The translations under genes were made by a program, and so were the position numbers. DNA of 63,123 bases, the filler included, from Octopus bimaculoides (Eukaryota), in assembly GCF_001194135.2 (NCBI RefSeq). It is 6 parts of 6 records of this genome, joined end to end, with 100 filler letters (N's around TTAATTAATTAA, not from the genome) between each part and the next. Parts side by side here need not be neighbours in the genome. Positions count along the whole stretch, not along the records: positions 9,749 to 26,581 come from NC_068994.1; positions 26,682 to 55,526 come from NC_068984.1; 4 more parts are not named here. One strand, written 5' to 3'. The notes under the pieces were generated by a model. It was not told the origin of the DNA and did no database searches. It saw nothing but the letters and a program-made list of their open reading frames with translations. Every line of letters begins with the position of its first letter. Positions within the stretch are counted from its first letter, which is position 1. Of this stretch, positions 22,933 to 35,716 are shown in pieces.

Positions 22933-23430
22933 TATTGTTTATGCATGAAAGAAAAAAAAAACGGAGAAACTGAGATAAAGACATCAATTTATTAGAGTAT
23001 ATTTAATTCCAAACAAAAGCAGACTCTTAGCACCTGCAATTGTTTCCATGCTCAATTAATTCAATTTGAGAAATTAAATTAAATTAAATTAAAGTTTCAT
23101 ATTGAATATAGGTAATTGGACATTTCGTCAGGGTAAGAATTTGATTTATATTGGATGCAAATACGCACATATCTGAGTCTATTAAGGATCTACCATCGCG
23201 TAGGAATGTAGCTCCTTTCTATCAAATTCTTTCCCTGACGAAATATCCAATTAGTCATATTCAATATGAAACTTTAAATCAATTTAACTTCATTTCTCAA
23301 ATTGAATTAATTGGGCATGGAAACAACTGTAGGGGCTAAGAGTTTGCTTTTGTTTCGAATTAAATATGTTCTTATAAACCGATGTCTATATCTCAATTTC
23401 TCCGTTTTTTTTTCTCATACGTAAACAATA
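22933..23430. repeat. Long inverted repeat / foldback (MITE-like) element
   Basis: About 210-bp arms (22933-23145 and 23221-23430) are degenerate reverse complements around a 75-bp spacer. Confidence 0.85.
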
Positions 23431-23972
23431 AATATTTATATATATAAACTCTGTACATCACTTCAAACAATTATATACACGCGCACACACACATCTGTAT
23501 ATGCACACACGCATATACACGTATGTAAAAACAAAATGTTCTGCTCATGTGATACTGGTCGGGTGACACTGATCCTGTGACGCCGAAAACCGGCTCTGCA
23601 GGAAAATATTGTACCCATGTCAAATGATATTGTACGATTGTGTGGGAAGCGAAAAAGGGGGAAAAACAGGGACTGGAATTTTGTGTGAATTATCTGAATT
23701 TTCTCGGGTTGTACGTTATTGTAGATGACCCCTACGTTGACCTCCATTCTATTGACCCTTTTAAGGGAGAATGGAATTTTCTAGGTGTCGCTCAAAGTGG
23801 TATGCAACGTTGTTTTGTTAGGCACATTTTTCTTATTGAGGAATTTAATTAATCTGATGTCTTATTGTTGTGAGGGTCCGTAGGGAGCTTCGGTATTGCG
23901 GCTCATGGACACACGGTTTTGTGTGTGTGTATGTGTGTGTATATACACATCTACCCACATTCTACATACACA

Positions 23973-24260
<288 letters not shown>

Positions 24261-24826
24261 CATCAATGTTCGATTTCCATGCAGGGGATGGAGTGGCAGA
24301 ATCGTTAAAGTGTCTGAAAAAATGCTTTGCTGCTGTTGTTCTGACTCTTTACATTCTAAGTTCAAATGGCACCGATTTCAACTTTGCCTTTTCATATAAG
24401 TGCAGGCATGACAGTGGTCAAAAGCTCGTTGATAAATTCTTATGTCCATTTCCTACGTTTCCGCCTTTAGGCCTTCACTTCATCCACATCAGCTGAATTT
24501 GATTCGTTCCCAGTTGAAAGGCGCCTGTTGTTATTTCTTGTTGTTTGTATTCGTAATTGTGTACCATGCTCTCCATCTTTTTGTTTGTTTGTTTTTTGTC
24601 TTTGTTGCCGTACACATTCGCTAGCTTTCTCACAAAGGGGTCTAATGCTCTTAGCTTAGACTTTTTTGTGGAGCAACCAGATGGAACCATCACAAGTGTA
24701 ACTGCCTGAAATGGTCGTGACTTCTGGAACTCGACTGAGTCTGTCCTTCTAATCGTTGTTTCTCTTGTCCGCCTTTGTGTCGTCTATCTGTCCGAATGTT
24801 TTAATGTCCTCTATTGCGTTTTTGTT

Positions 24827-24869
<43 letters not shown>

Positions 24870-25001
24870 NNNNNNNNNNNNNNNNNNNNNNNNNNNNNNN
24901 NNNNNNNNNNNNNNNNNNNNNNNNNNNNNNNNNNNNNNNNNNNNNNNNNNNNNNNNNNNNNNNNNNNNNNNNNNNNNNNNNNNNNNNNNNNNNNNNNNNN
25001 N

Positions 25002-25032
<31 letters not shown>

Positions 25033-25656
25033 AGTAATTATATCTAATCAGTTGACATTCTTAGGATGAGGCTTGTTTAACAGCCTTTTTCATTCTTCAT
25101 CTATAATACATTAAAAGTCAGATTGAATCTTGCATGCTTGCAATGTTACCCAGCCAAATAGGAGCATAATGGGAAAATACTATGACTGAAATCTCCCCTG
25201 AAATATAAATACGAACGGAATGAAACAAATTTCGCGTAAATCGGATAAGTGGTTGTGAAGATATTAAGAGTTTTCAGGATATAAATACCGTAAACGGTGA
25301 ATAATGGTAAAAGTATCCGAAATTAACTTAATCCTGACAGAAAGTAACTCTTACCTTTCGATGAGACTGACTTGGCAGCGAAAAAATACAGTTGTTTTTT
25401 TTTCTTACGATAAATAATCATTTAGAAATATTTTTAAGTGAATGCGATTTTAAAAATTGTAAGTTGTTTGTACAATAAGTATTTATATTTTAGCTTTCTT
25501 TAAACAGACCATATTTTTATTATTTTCAAGTGAATAACATTGCAAAATACGTTTTTGACATAAATATTTCGTAAAAGACCCATTCGTAATCTCGGCATGA
25601 AATTATTTTTTCCATAGGCTTTTTTCGAGTGCATTCAACGTATTTCACTTCCAAAG

Positions 25657-25767
25657 ATTTGGCTGCTATTTCTAACACGCTCTGCTACCACGTAACTGCT
25701 ATTTGCGATAAAGGACCCAAAATACCTGTTACGTGGTAGCAGAGCGTGCAAGAAATAGTAGCCAAAT
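25657..25767. repeat. 40-bp near-perfect hairpin with a 31-nt loop
   Basis: ATTTGGCTGCTATTTCTAACACGCTCTGCTACCACGTAAC pairs with GTTACGTGGTAGCAGAGCGTGCAAGAAATAGTAGCCAAAT at 37 of 40 Watson-Crick positions plus one G-U. Confidence 0.9.
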
Positions 25768-26227
25768 TTTTCCTTTTCTGGGGAAAGGTGCCGCTTACGC
25801 GTGATTTCCTTGTCACATTCGTTGAAGCAACCGGGAAAAGAAGAAAAAAAAAACACGAAACAAAACTCCGTTGCAGGAAAACTCAGACTTTGCCTGCAAC
25901 CCAACGGGTCACGGGTAGTCTGATATAATATTTTCAGTGCATGATCTTTAGAATCTTTAGAATCTTTACTCTATACAGGCAAGAGAAATGAGAGAAGCTT
26001 TTGTTTTTTTCAAGATGAAATTTTCTTCAAAACAAATAAATAAAGACAATATTTATTTCCTCGCAGATTTAATAAGGTTACAAACCGTGAAGGACATTTA
26101 TTTTGCTATAAGGGAGTTATGCAATGTACGGAATTGGATGACAGTATATATGTACAGTTGAGGAGGAAAAGAGAATTAAATCCATAAATTGAAATGTAAC
26201 AAAGTTGTTGTTCGCTTTCTGTTTCAG

Positions 26228-26267
26228 CTGACATATTGGGATTCTCAGAAGGAGGACAAAAACCAGA
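26228..26267 (+). other. Candidate 40-nt exon ((A)DILGFSEGGQKP or LTYWDSQKEDKNQ)
   Basis: Acceptor TTCGCTTTCTGTTTCAG, donor AGA|GTGAGG. Confidence 0.25.
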
Positions 26268-26346
26268 GTGAGGCTATTCTACTCAACAGCGTCTCCTTTC
26301 ACGCTTGAGCCTTCCATCCAGGGAACTGCTTTACAAAAAAAGATTG

Positions 26347-26581
26347 TATTGGGTTGTGGAATAATTAATTAGCGTTTTTTAAAAATGCACGCAGGAAAAT
26401 GCGGTGAAAAAAAAAAAAAAAGATTGACAAGTTTAATATGAGGAGATATTCAAAAGGACGAATAGGTCCAAGAGGGAAATAGTTGTGAGAAACAAGGTAA
26501 AAGTTCAACCTAAACAAAGCGAAGACGACGCCATTTGCCAAAAGAAGAGTAACGAGGGTGAGAACGTCTGCAAATGCATCG
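26347..26581 (+). mobile_element. Mariner-type terminus remnant
   Basis: TATTGGGTTGTGGAATAATTAATTAGCGTTTTTT resembles the TIR ending at 14096. The segment ends at a gap. Confidence 0.4.
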
Positions 26582-26681
26582 NNNNNNNNNNNNNNNNNNN
26601 NNNNNNNNNNNNNNNNNNNNNNNNNTTAATTAATTAANNNNNNNNNNNNNNNNNNNNNNNNNNNNNNNNNNNNNNNNNNNN

Positions 26682-26718
<37 letters not shown>

Positions 26719-26758
26719 AGTATGTAACTTTGTGATTATATGTTTGCGAATGTGTGTC

Positions 26759-26792
<34 letters not shown>

Positions 26793-26917
26793 CGCTTATG
26801 TGCAAATTTATCTATCTATCTATCAATCTATCTATCTATCTATCTCGCTATAGTTTGCATGAAGTATTGTCTAATATAGACAAATGTTTTTTAAATACAT
26901 ACATACACACACACACA

Positions 26918-26953
<36 letters not shown>

Positions 26954-28396
26954 TACATGCATGCATACATACAAACGAAAATTTCAATGAAGGAGCCTTG
27001 GATCTAGGTTAGAAACCGGTTCTTTCTCTATTGGCAAGAAATCTTGAAATAAAACAAAATAATGACACACATACACACATACATACATACATGCATGCAT
27101 GCATGCATGCATAAATACACGTGCACGCACACACATATGTATGTATATATATATGTGAACATATGCATGTACATATGTCTGTCTATCTATCTATCTAATA
27201 GTGTGCATATGTAAGACTGCGTGCGCGTATGCGTTCATGTATGAATATATGTATTTGTGTGTAGTTTATTTTCTCCCTATCGCCTTATCCTACAGTGTGT
27301 ACATGTGCGGTGTTTTGTGTGTGCCTGTGTGTATGTGTATGCGTGCGCGCGTATGTGTGTTTTCACTTTCTTGTATTTTTACTTTCTTTCTCTGTCATCT
27401 TTCTGCTTCCTGATATGTTTTTATTTTATTAAAATTTTTGTTTTTACCGGTCCCAGGGACTATGCTACTGCCATGATGGGGCGTCGCCTTCAAAGGTTAG
27501 CCACCCCAAGGGGCTTCTACATGGTTTCTCAATATGCTAAAACTAATGACCACGTCGTTTTCAAATTTCATGACACTCTACAGTCTTAACTATACGTAAG
27601 ACAATGTGGTCAATCTCTCTCTCTCTCTCTCTTTGCTGTCTTACACAGACACACAGACACACATAGACACACACACACACACGCACGCACGCACACGCAG
27701 CACTAGCATTAACATACACACATTGACAGATAGATAGATAGATAGATAGATAGACAGATAGATATATTCTCGAGTTGATTACGATTCGAGGCCTTCTATT
27801 ATAAGTCTGCTTGAAAAGTGTTAACCTGGTGTTACATATCAATAGCCAGGGCCGGTTAAAGGTTCCGGCCGTTCGAGTAGACCCCAAGGTGTTATATGCT
27901 TGGGGGCATCACATACCTTGCTTGGGATCTACGAAATAACAAGAAAAAGCAAACAAACAAACAAATCCAAGTAAAAAATTAAATAAACGCAACTATTACG
28001 TATATTTAAGGAACTGAAATAATTACTTTTAAATTTTTAGTTTCTAGGTTTCACTCCTTGTGAAAAACTATATTTTTCAGGTTACCTGGGCGCCAGTAAT
28101 CCTAGAGGTGCTCTTAATAGTTGTAACAACAGCATTCGAAGACTTTAGCAGATTTTATTCCCTAACAATACTGTGCCTACTATATATTTCATGGCCCTCG
28201 GAGAGACGAAAAGCAAAATCGTTTAGCATTTGAACTCAAAATTCCTCAACAGACGCGACTAAATCTCCAAGTTATTATGTTTTTCTCTCTCAATTTGGCG
28301 CTCTTCCGATTCTGGTGTTCTGGTATCTAAATTTCTGTACATTAACACTTTACACTTCTATCACTCTCTGTATAGTGTGTGCACATGGACGCACGC

Positions 28397-28455
<59 letters not shown>

Positions 28456-28606
28456 CGTCGGTAAATCATAAATCCGAAAAAGGACATTCAAAGTTATAGG
28501 GTAGTAGATTAAATAGATATGACCAGTCTTTGACGTTATCCTGGGTTTCACGTTCATAGAGCGCTTAGATTTACAACGTTTCTTCAGACCCTAAAGCTGT
28601 ATATAT

Positions 28607-28830
28607 ATTTCTTTATTGCCCACAGAAGGCTAAACATATAGGGGACAAACAAGGACAAAGAAATTAATCGATTACATCGACCCCAGTGCGTAACTGGTAC
28701 TTATTTAATCGACCCCGAAAGAATGAAAGGCAAAGTTGACCTCGACGGAATTTGAACTCAGAACGTAACGGCAGACGAAATAATACTAAGCGTTTCGCCC
28801 GGCGTGCTAACGATTCTGCCAGCTCAAGGC
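28607..28830 (-). mobile_element. SINE family A
   Basis: Full core and head. Further family A copies at about 30945-31110 (+), 31135-31340 (+), 32440-32645 (-), 33640-33830 (-), 34680-34830 (+), 36765-36980 (-). Confidence 0.85.
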
Positions 28831-28844
28831 CTTCTTAAATCTGT

Positions 28845-29006
28845 AAATAGGCTGAAGCGTGACTGTGTAGTAAGACGTTCGCCTCCAAAGCACATGGTTA
28901 TGGGTTCGGTCCTACTGCGTTAAGTATGTGTCTTGTCTTTTACTGTAGCCTCAGGCCGACCAAAGCCTTTTGAGTGGATTTGTACACGGAAACTGAACGA
29001 AGCCTG

Positions 29007-29043
<37 letters not shown>

Positions 29044-29360
29044 NNNNNNNNNNNNNNNNNNNNNNNATATATATGTGTGTGTGTGTGTGTGTGTCTATAT
29101 GTATATGTATATATATATGCGTGTGTGTGTATGTGTGTGTATGCGTGAGTATGTGAGTGTGTGTGTGTTTGTGTGTCTGCTTGTCCCTCACCACCGCTTG
29201 ACGTCCTAATAACTCAACCGTTCCGCAAGTGAGACCGAAAGAATAAATACCAGACTTAAAGAAAAAAAAAAGTACTTGAGCTGATTCATTCGACTAACGA
29301 TTGAAGACAGTGCTCCAGCATGGTGACAATCAATTGACTGAAACAACTAGAAAAATATTT
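28845..29360 (+). mobile_element. SINE family B, degenerate, with internal microsatellite
   Basis: Head GCGTGACTGTGTAGTAAG...GGGTTCGGTCCTACTGCG, then GGCCGACCAAAGCC...GAAACTGAACGAAGCC, microsatellite, tail GTGCTCCAGCATGG. Confidence 0.7.
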
Positions 29361-30192
29361 AGTTGAATAAATCGGCCCTTGTTTCCCCTCTCCTACTTTC
29401 AATATGTATATGATATACATACACACATAAATACACATACACGCACACACACACATATACATATCTATATGTGTAGGTGTGTGTGTGTGTGCTTGAGTGT
29501 GTGTGTGTGTGCTTGAGTGTTTGTTTGTGTTTGCGTGTGTGTGCGCATACACACATATGTTGGTGCCTGCGAGACAGACTTCAAATAACTCTGTATACTA
29601 CACACTTTACATCACATTTTCCCTACTGGAATTATTAAAGCGTCGAACACAATTCTCGTAGTATTTATTCAATCAAGTCCGATTACGTTCTATATCCAAA
29701 TGCCACGAAGTCAAACTTTAGTTTTTAATCCTTCCGGGGCGTCTATTAAATAAATGACCACCAATCAGGTACTAAGGTTGATGCGTATAAAGCAGAGAAC
29801 AGAATTATAATAGAAAAACAAACAGTCTCTATAACACGTATATCGCTATACATCATTCTCTTTATATCATGTTTTGAACACCATACTATATTTCGTTATC
29901 TTGTACTTTCTATACCTCATTTTTTTCTCTTCCGACCTTTTATAATTTTCTCATTATTATTCTTCTGATTCTTATCTATCTACCTCACTCTTCTATATTC
30001 CTTTTGCATTCCCACTTCAACACTATTTGTTAAATTTACACTTTTCCTCCCTCCTCCGTTTCTAAATTCTTCCTCTTTTTATTCTGTTTATCAACCACGT
30101 TCGCCAATACTCGTTCCTTCTGTCTTTCCGTCCTTGTTGATCCTAACTTTTCCCTCTCTAAGCACGAGTGTGGGCCGTGTGTGTGTGGGGAC

Positions 30193-30242
<50 letters not shown>

Positions 30243-30376
30243 GTGCGTGTGTGAGTGCAGGAAGAAAGAAGGAAAGCAAAAAATGAAGAAGAGAATGGGA
30301 CTGTAATTTCACGTGATCTAGAGGACTAGTGTATATATGTATGAGTATGTCTTTGTGTGTGTGTTTGTGTGTGCCA

Positions 30377-30410
<34 letters not shown>

Positions 30411-31633
30411 TATGTATGCTCATGTAGATACCATGGTTCCGAATTCGTTCCTCTGCACAGTACTTTAGGCAAGTGTCTGGACCAAATTTGTGAGTGGAAT
30501 TTGTTAGATGGAAATTGTACGAAACCTGTCGTGTCTGTGTGCATGTGTATGCGCGTGTGTGTACATATGTATGCGCTCGCGCATGTGTGTGCGCACATCT
30601 CTGCGTGTGTTTGCGTGTCATTACGATATATGTATCTGTGTCACTCGATGTCCCGTAACCTAACAGTTTGACAAACTGGATACAATAAAATATAAATACC
30701 AGATCGAAAGAAATTACTGAGGTGAATGTGAATGACTAATTCCTCGAAGTGGTGTCCCAGCATCACCACAATTCAATGACGTAAACCAATAAAAAGAAGG
30801 AAACGATGCATCTTTATCGTATTACCTTCTCTCACTTCACTCTATCACTCTCTCTCTCTCTTTTCTTCTTTTTCTCCTCTATTCCCCCTTCTCCCTCGAT
30901 GTTTTCCTATCAACTAGATTTTCCAATATTTGTTTCTCTAGTAAGGCAGCGTGCTGGTAGAATTGTTAGAGGCATTCCATCCTTCTTTACGTTCTCGGTT
31001 CAAATTCTGCTGCGGTCGACTTTGCCTTTCAACCTTCTTGGGTCGATAAAATCAGTACCAGTTGAACATAATGTAATCGACATACCCTAACCCCCAAACT
31101 TGCCAAAAATCTGAAACCAATATCTCTCCCTCTAGTAAGCCGGCGGGCGGGCAGAGTGCTTAGCACGCTGGGTAAAATTCTTAGCGGTTTTACGTTCTGA
31201 TTTCAAATTTCGCCGAAGTCGACTTTGCTTTTCATCCTTTCGGGGTCGATAAAATAAGTATCAGTTGAGCACTGGGGTTGATGTAATCGACTTACACCTT
31301 ATTCCGAAATTGCTGGCCTTGTGCCAAAATTTGAAGCCAAATTTATTCCTCTTTCATTTATTTCTCTCATCGTACCAATCACATTCTCTTTTCATTTTTT
31401 AGACTTATACATCTTCTGCATCGTCCCTTCCTTCCTTCCTTTCTTTCTCCTTTCTTTCTTTCTTTCTTTGTTGCTGTCTAATTTAGTTACAGTTAAACCT
31501 CTGTGATTAAGAAGTTATTTTGGGTTCGATTCCGCAGCACAACACTGTTTTCTATCATAATTTCGGATCAACCAAAGCTTTCTCCTTGAAATTTGGTAGA
31601 TATGAATTGTTTGCAAGCAGTCACCTGGCTTAA

Positions 31634-31864
31634 CCCTGTCACGCCGTGTTACCGCTATAGCGTGAATAGGTTATACGTCATCTTTGCCAGATTCTGTTAA
31701 AGCGGTAATGAACAACAGACGCAGAAAAAGTCGATGCAACCAATTCTGTCCTTTGGTTTTGCCTGCAATCGTTATTCTTGAGCGGTATATAGAACTATTT
31801 ACTTTTTAGCTCAGGAGCCTGGGTGAAGGATAAAGTTAGACACAGGGGCCCAGGTATGAGAGGG
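31634..31864. mobile_element. piggyBac-type MITE
   Basis: TTAA|CCCT...AGGG|TTAA with TTAA at 31630-31633 and 31865-31868. Termini CCCTGTCACGCCGTG versus CCCTCTCATACCTGG match at 10 of 15 positions. Confidence 0.55.
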
Positions 31865-34800
31865 TTAATAGCACAGTCTGACTTTTACAGGCTTTCAGTT
31901 GATTCTACTTTGTTGAGAGCATTCGGGCGGTATAAAGGTAACTTCTTCTTTCTCTTCTACAAATCTCAAAGATGGTACTGAGAAAGGTCTAGGGTTCTAT
32001 TATTTTCCTGATGACTGAGTTTTTAAAACATGGCTTACAAACCCTGTTTATCACCGTTTCTTTCTCTACTATCTACATCTCTACATATCTCAATCAATTT
32101 TTTAAACCTGTTCTTTCTTATATATAACAAAGAAACCTGATTTATAATATTTTAAGTATTCTATGGATTTCTTATCGCTAATGCCGTTGAACATAGCATG
32201 AATGTTACATAGCCCTTGAAATATCAAGTCAACAAAAGAGCCTCTATGTGGTCCACCTTTCTGCAAGAAATTACGACGAAATTTTTCATGAATTATAACT
32301 TGTAAAAATGGTAAAACGCCTAACATTAGGTATTGTAATCCTAAATGCTTCCCTCCAAAACTGCAAGGTCATTGTTTTGCACTATCAGAATTGACCCGGA
32401 GCTAAGTCACAATGAAAATCTTACTAGAAATACTAGTTTCAAATTTTGGTACAAGGCTATTAATTTTAGGGGAGGAGTAAGTAGATTACATCGACCCCAG
32501 TGATCAACTGGTACTTATTTCATCGACTCCAAAAGGATGAAAGGCAAAGTCAATACCACCGGAATTTGAACTCAGAACGTAAAAACAAACGAAATACTGC
32601 TAAGCATTTTGCCCGGCGAATTAACGATTCTGCCTGTTCGCCTTGAAGTTTTGAAATATGCATATAAAATCAATTTTAAAACCTTGATTCGTATATTTGA
32701 CACTATAGCTTTTCCTAGCTAACACATTATGTTAAGGAGTTGAAATATTGAATGAATAACTCAAGGAGTGCGGAATAGTGTCTACAAGCAATAACAAACC
32801 ATGTTGAGAAATGGATTTACCTGGAGCTTTACCCATAACTTGAGCAACTGATGTAACCACTATGTGTAACAAATAGAAGCAAAATCTCCCTCAACTCACA
32901 AGACCTATAAGTACTGCCTAAAAACATGGAATGGTTACATGATTTGAATACCTTTGAATATATAATTGCTCCATCAAAGCTGATGTGTGACAAACAAGAT
33001 CTATTATTACTTAAAAACTTGTCCAATCGATAGGATGTCACAGGCCTTTTCTAAGGTTATTATATCTTCACTAAGAATTAAAAGAATGTTACGGTTTCCA
33101 TTTGCTGACAATCTACCCTCCTGACTAACGACGTTTCTTGCAAGCTTCTCAGATAATTCTTTTGTTCTTGTAATTCTGTACTTTTAAATCGTTAAATGAG
33201 AACTTGACTGCTTAGGACAAGTACAATCTATGTACTGCAAGCTGGCATGACTGTCTTTCATAACTAGAACAAACATAAATTATATACAAGGAATTACAGA
33301 AATATTGGAAAATTGGAATACATTTCAGACATGAAGCAATAACGAATATTTGGTTGACAACACTGAAACCACTCAATGCTTTACAATACTTTAGACTATA
33401 CTTCGCTACCCACGCAAAAAAAAACAAAACATTTCTATCCTGCTGGCACTCAATATTTTATCTAACAATTACGATTGTGTAGAACTACTTAGAACAAACA
33501 TCGATAGTAAAGCAGGTACTAAAGCAACAGTATCAACAAGAACAGCAGCGGCAATGGCCGAGTTTAAGAATAAGTAAATAATGGCAGCCAAAACAATTTA
33601 TAAGGAGAAAGGTGTGGATTGACGTAACATTCATAATAGTGGGTTCAAATTTTGGCACAAGGTCAGCAATTCTAAGGAAGGGATAAGTCGATTACATCGA
33701 CCCCAGTGCTCAACTAGTACTTATTTTATCGACTCCGAAAGGATGAAAGACAAAGTCGACTTCAGTGGAATTTGAACTCATAACGTAAAGACGGGCGAAA
33801 TGCCGCTAAACATTTTGCTCGGCGCGGTATGTAACCTTCATAATATTGCTTTTAGTTGTTTATCCAGCTGTATTCGAGCGGGTGATTGACTTAATTTTCT
33901 GCTCTGTTTAACACCACCAACTGCCCCGTGGGTGCTTTTGATGGAGTCATCTCTCTATTACACATATTCAATCCAAGTCTCTGGTCTGAGAGTAACCCCC
34001 TTTTCGTACTTGTCTCAGAAATAGTTTTAAAAAAAGTGGCATGGCTTATTATAGTAACCCACCTGAAAGGAAAGACGAAACCGATAATGTATGTTTTAAA
34101 TTGAGAACTTAGAGGTAGAAATGAGATTTAGAACTTGTAAAGAATTTGGTTCAGCGACGGTGACAGTTTACCATGGTTTTATTTGGATGAGATGGAAAAC
34201 AAATTTTATATAATAGACTGAATCGATTCAAGTAGGTTACTGTAACTTATTTTATTAAACCCGCAGAGACAAAAGGTAAAAATCAATCCTCTGACTAAGC
34301 CATAAAAGTATATAAAAGATCTATGAAGAAAGACATTCCAGCCATGACCATCAGGTCTTTTGTTTACTTCAGTTAATACATTCCGAACAAGATTATCCAA
34401 TGTATTTTTAGTTGTTGTTTTGAGACGGTAGATTGTTGGTCGATGGAGGTTTGCCTGCTATTTCTAGGAGGTCGAATGACCACAAATATTTCCTAATTTA
34501 GTTCGTGATGCTCATAGTGTCGTTGTTAATGTTGTTTAACCCTAAGTCAATTTTTGTTGGACAAACCCACGATCAAAAGCTTTTCAGCAATGGCCATACA
34601 GCTTCTTCAGCTACATCTCAAACGACATTAATAAAAAAAAGCACTTTGTTTAAGATCGTGTCAGTATAAAATATAACTTCTGTTACGTTTTGAGTTCAAA
34701 TGCAGCCGGGATCGACTTTGCTTTCCATCTTTTCGGGGTCGATAAAAATAAGTACCAGCTGAGCACTGGAGTGAATGTAATCGACTTACCCTCTCATTCA

Positions 34801-35480
34801 AAATTGCTGGCCTTTTGCCAAAACTTGAAACTAACATGTATGTCGTTGTTTAACCATTGGTCAGCCTTGATCGAGCAAAACAATGAACAAAAGCATTCCA
34901 GCTTTGGCTATTCAGCCTTTGTCCTATGTGTGGTTATCCTTCAGCCTTTGTCCTATGTGTGGCGTATTCCTTTCTAAGTAAGATTGCACGGTATGAATTT
35001 CTAGCCGATCGGGTGACCATATATATTTTTACTGATTTTCTAAAATTGTTATCGATGTTCTTCAAAAGGTTTAATAGGAATCAATATTGGGATACGGGAT
35101 CGGTTAATGAAGAAGCTATTCTCAAAATATTCGAAAAATTAATAACAATAAATAGACCTTGGTCGGAATTGACGTCCACAAAGTTTCAATTGCTCGATGA
35201 ACCTCGTGACTGAATTAGCGTGTAACTGATTGAGTATTCTATAGATACGTGTTCTCTTAACGTGATACAAAATATTATAATACTGACACTCTAAATTACA
35301 CGTACAATCTAGCCAAAGGGCTTCCGTACAATTTCCATCATTCCAACGTTACTTGCAATGTTTGGGTTGACTCGTGGCTATGGTGAAAGATACTTGTCCA
35401 AGATGCCGAGCAGTGGAATCGAAACGAGACGTCGGCTATAATTCGTTTGAGGTTGATTACACTAATGATTAAAATGTAAA

Positions 35481-35716
35481 GTTCCTTACCGCGTCACATA
35501 GACTCACAAGGGCTGGTTTCCCTCGTTTCCGTGGCGTCTATATTCCTCATCTGGACGGGACGCAGTGTTACTCATTTTTGCCTGCTGAGTGAACTGGAGC
35601 AATGTCAAACGAAGTGTTTTACTCAAGAGCACAACGCGTCGGCCAGTCCAGAAATCGAAACCACAATCTTAAGACTACGAATCCAACATTCTAACCATTA
35701 AGCCACGCACCTCCAC
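35481..35716 (-). mobile_element. SINE family D with TSD TAAAATGTAAA
   Basis: Same head and body as 22645-22907. TSD copies at 35470-35480 and 35717-35727. Confidence 0.8.

Noticed and set aside
24475-24790. About 100-codon minus open frame (SRPFQAVTLVMVPSGC...)
   Set aside because: No recognisable homology, weak splice signals, and it sits among repeats.
31870-33600. Several 60-85 codon open frames in AT-rich sequence
   Set aside because: No consistent exon chain or domain similarity; compatible with chance or very old TE decay.
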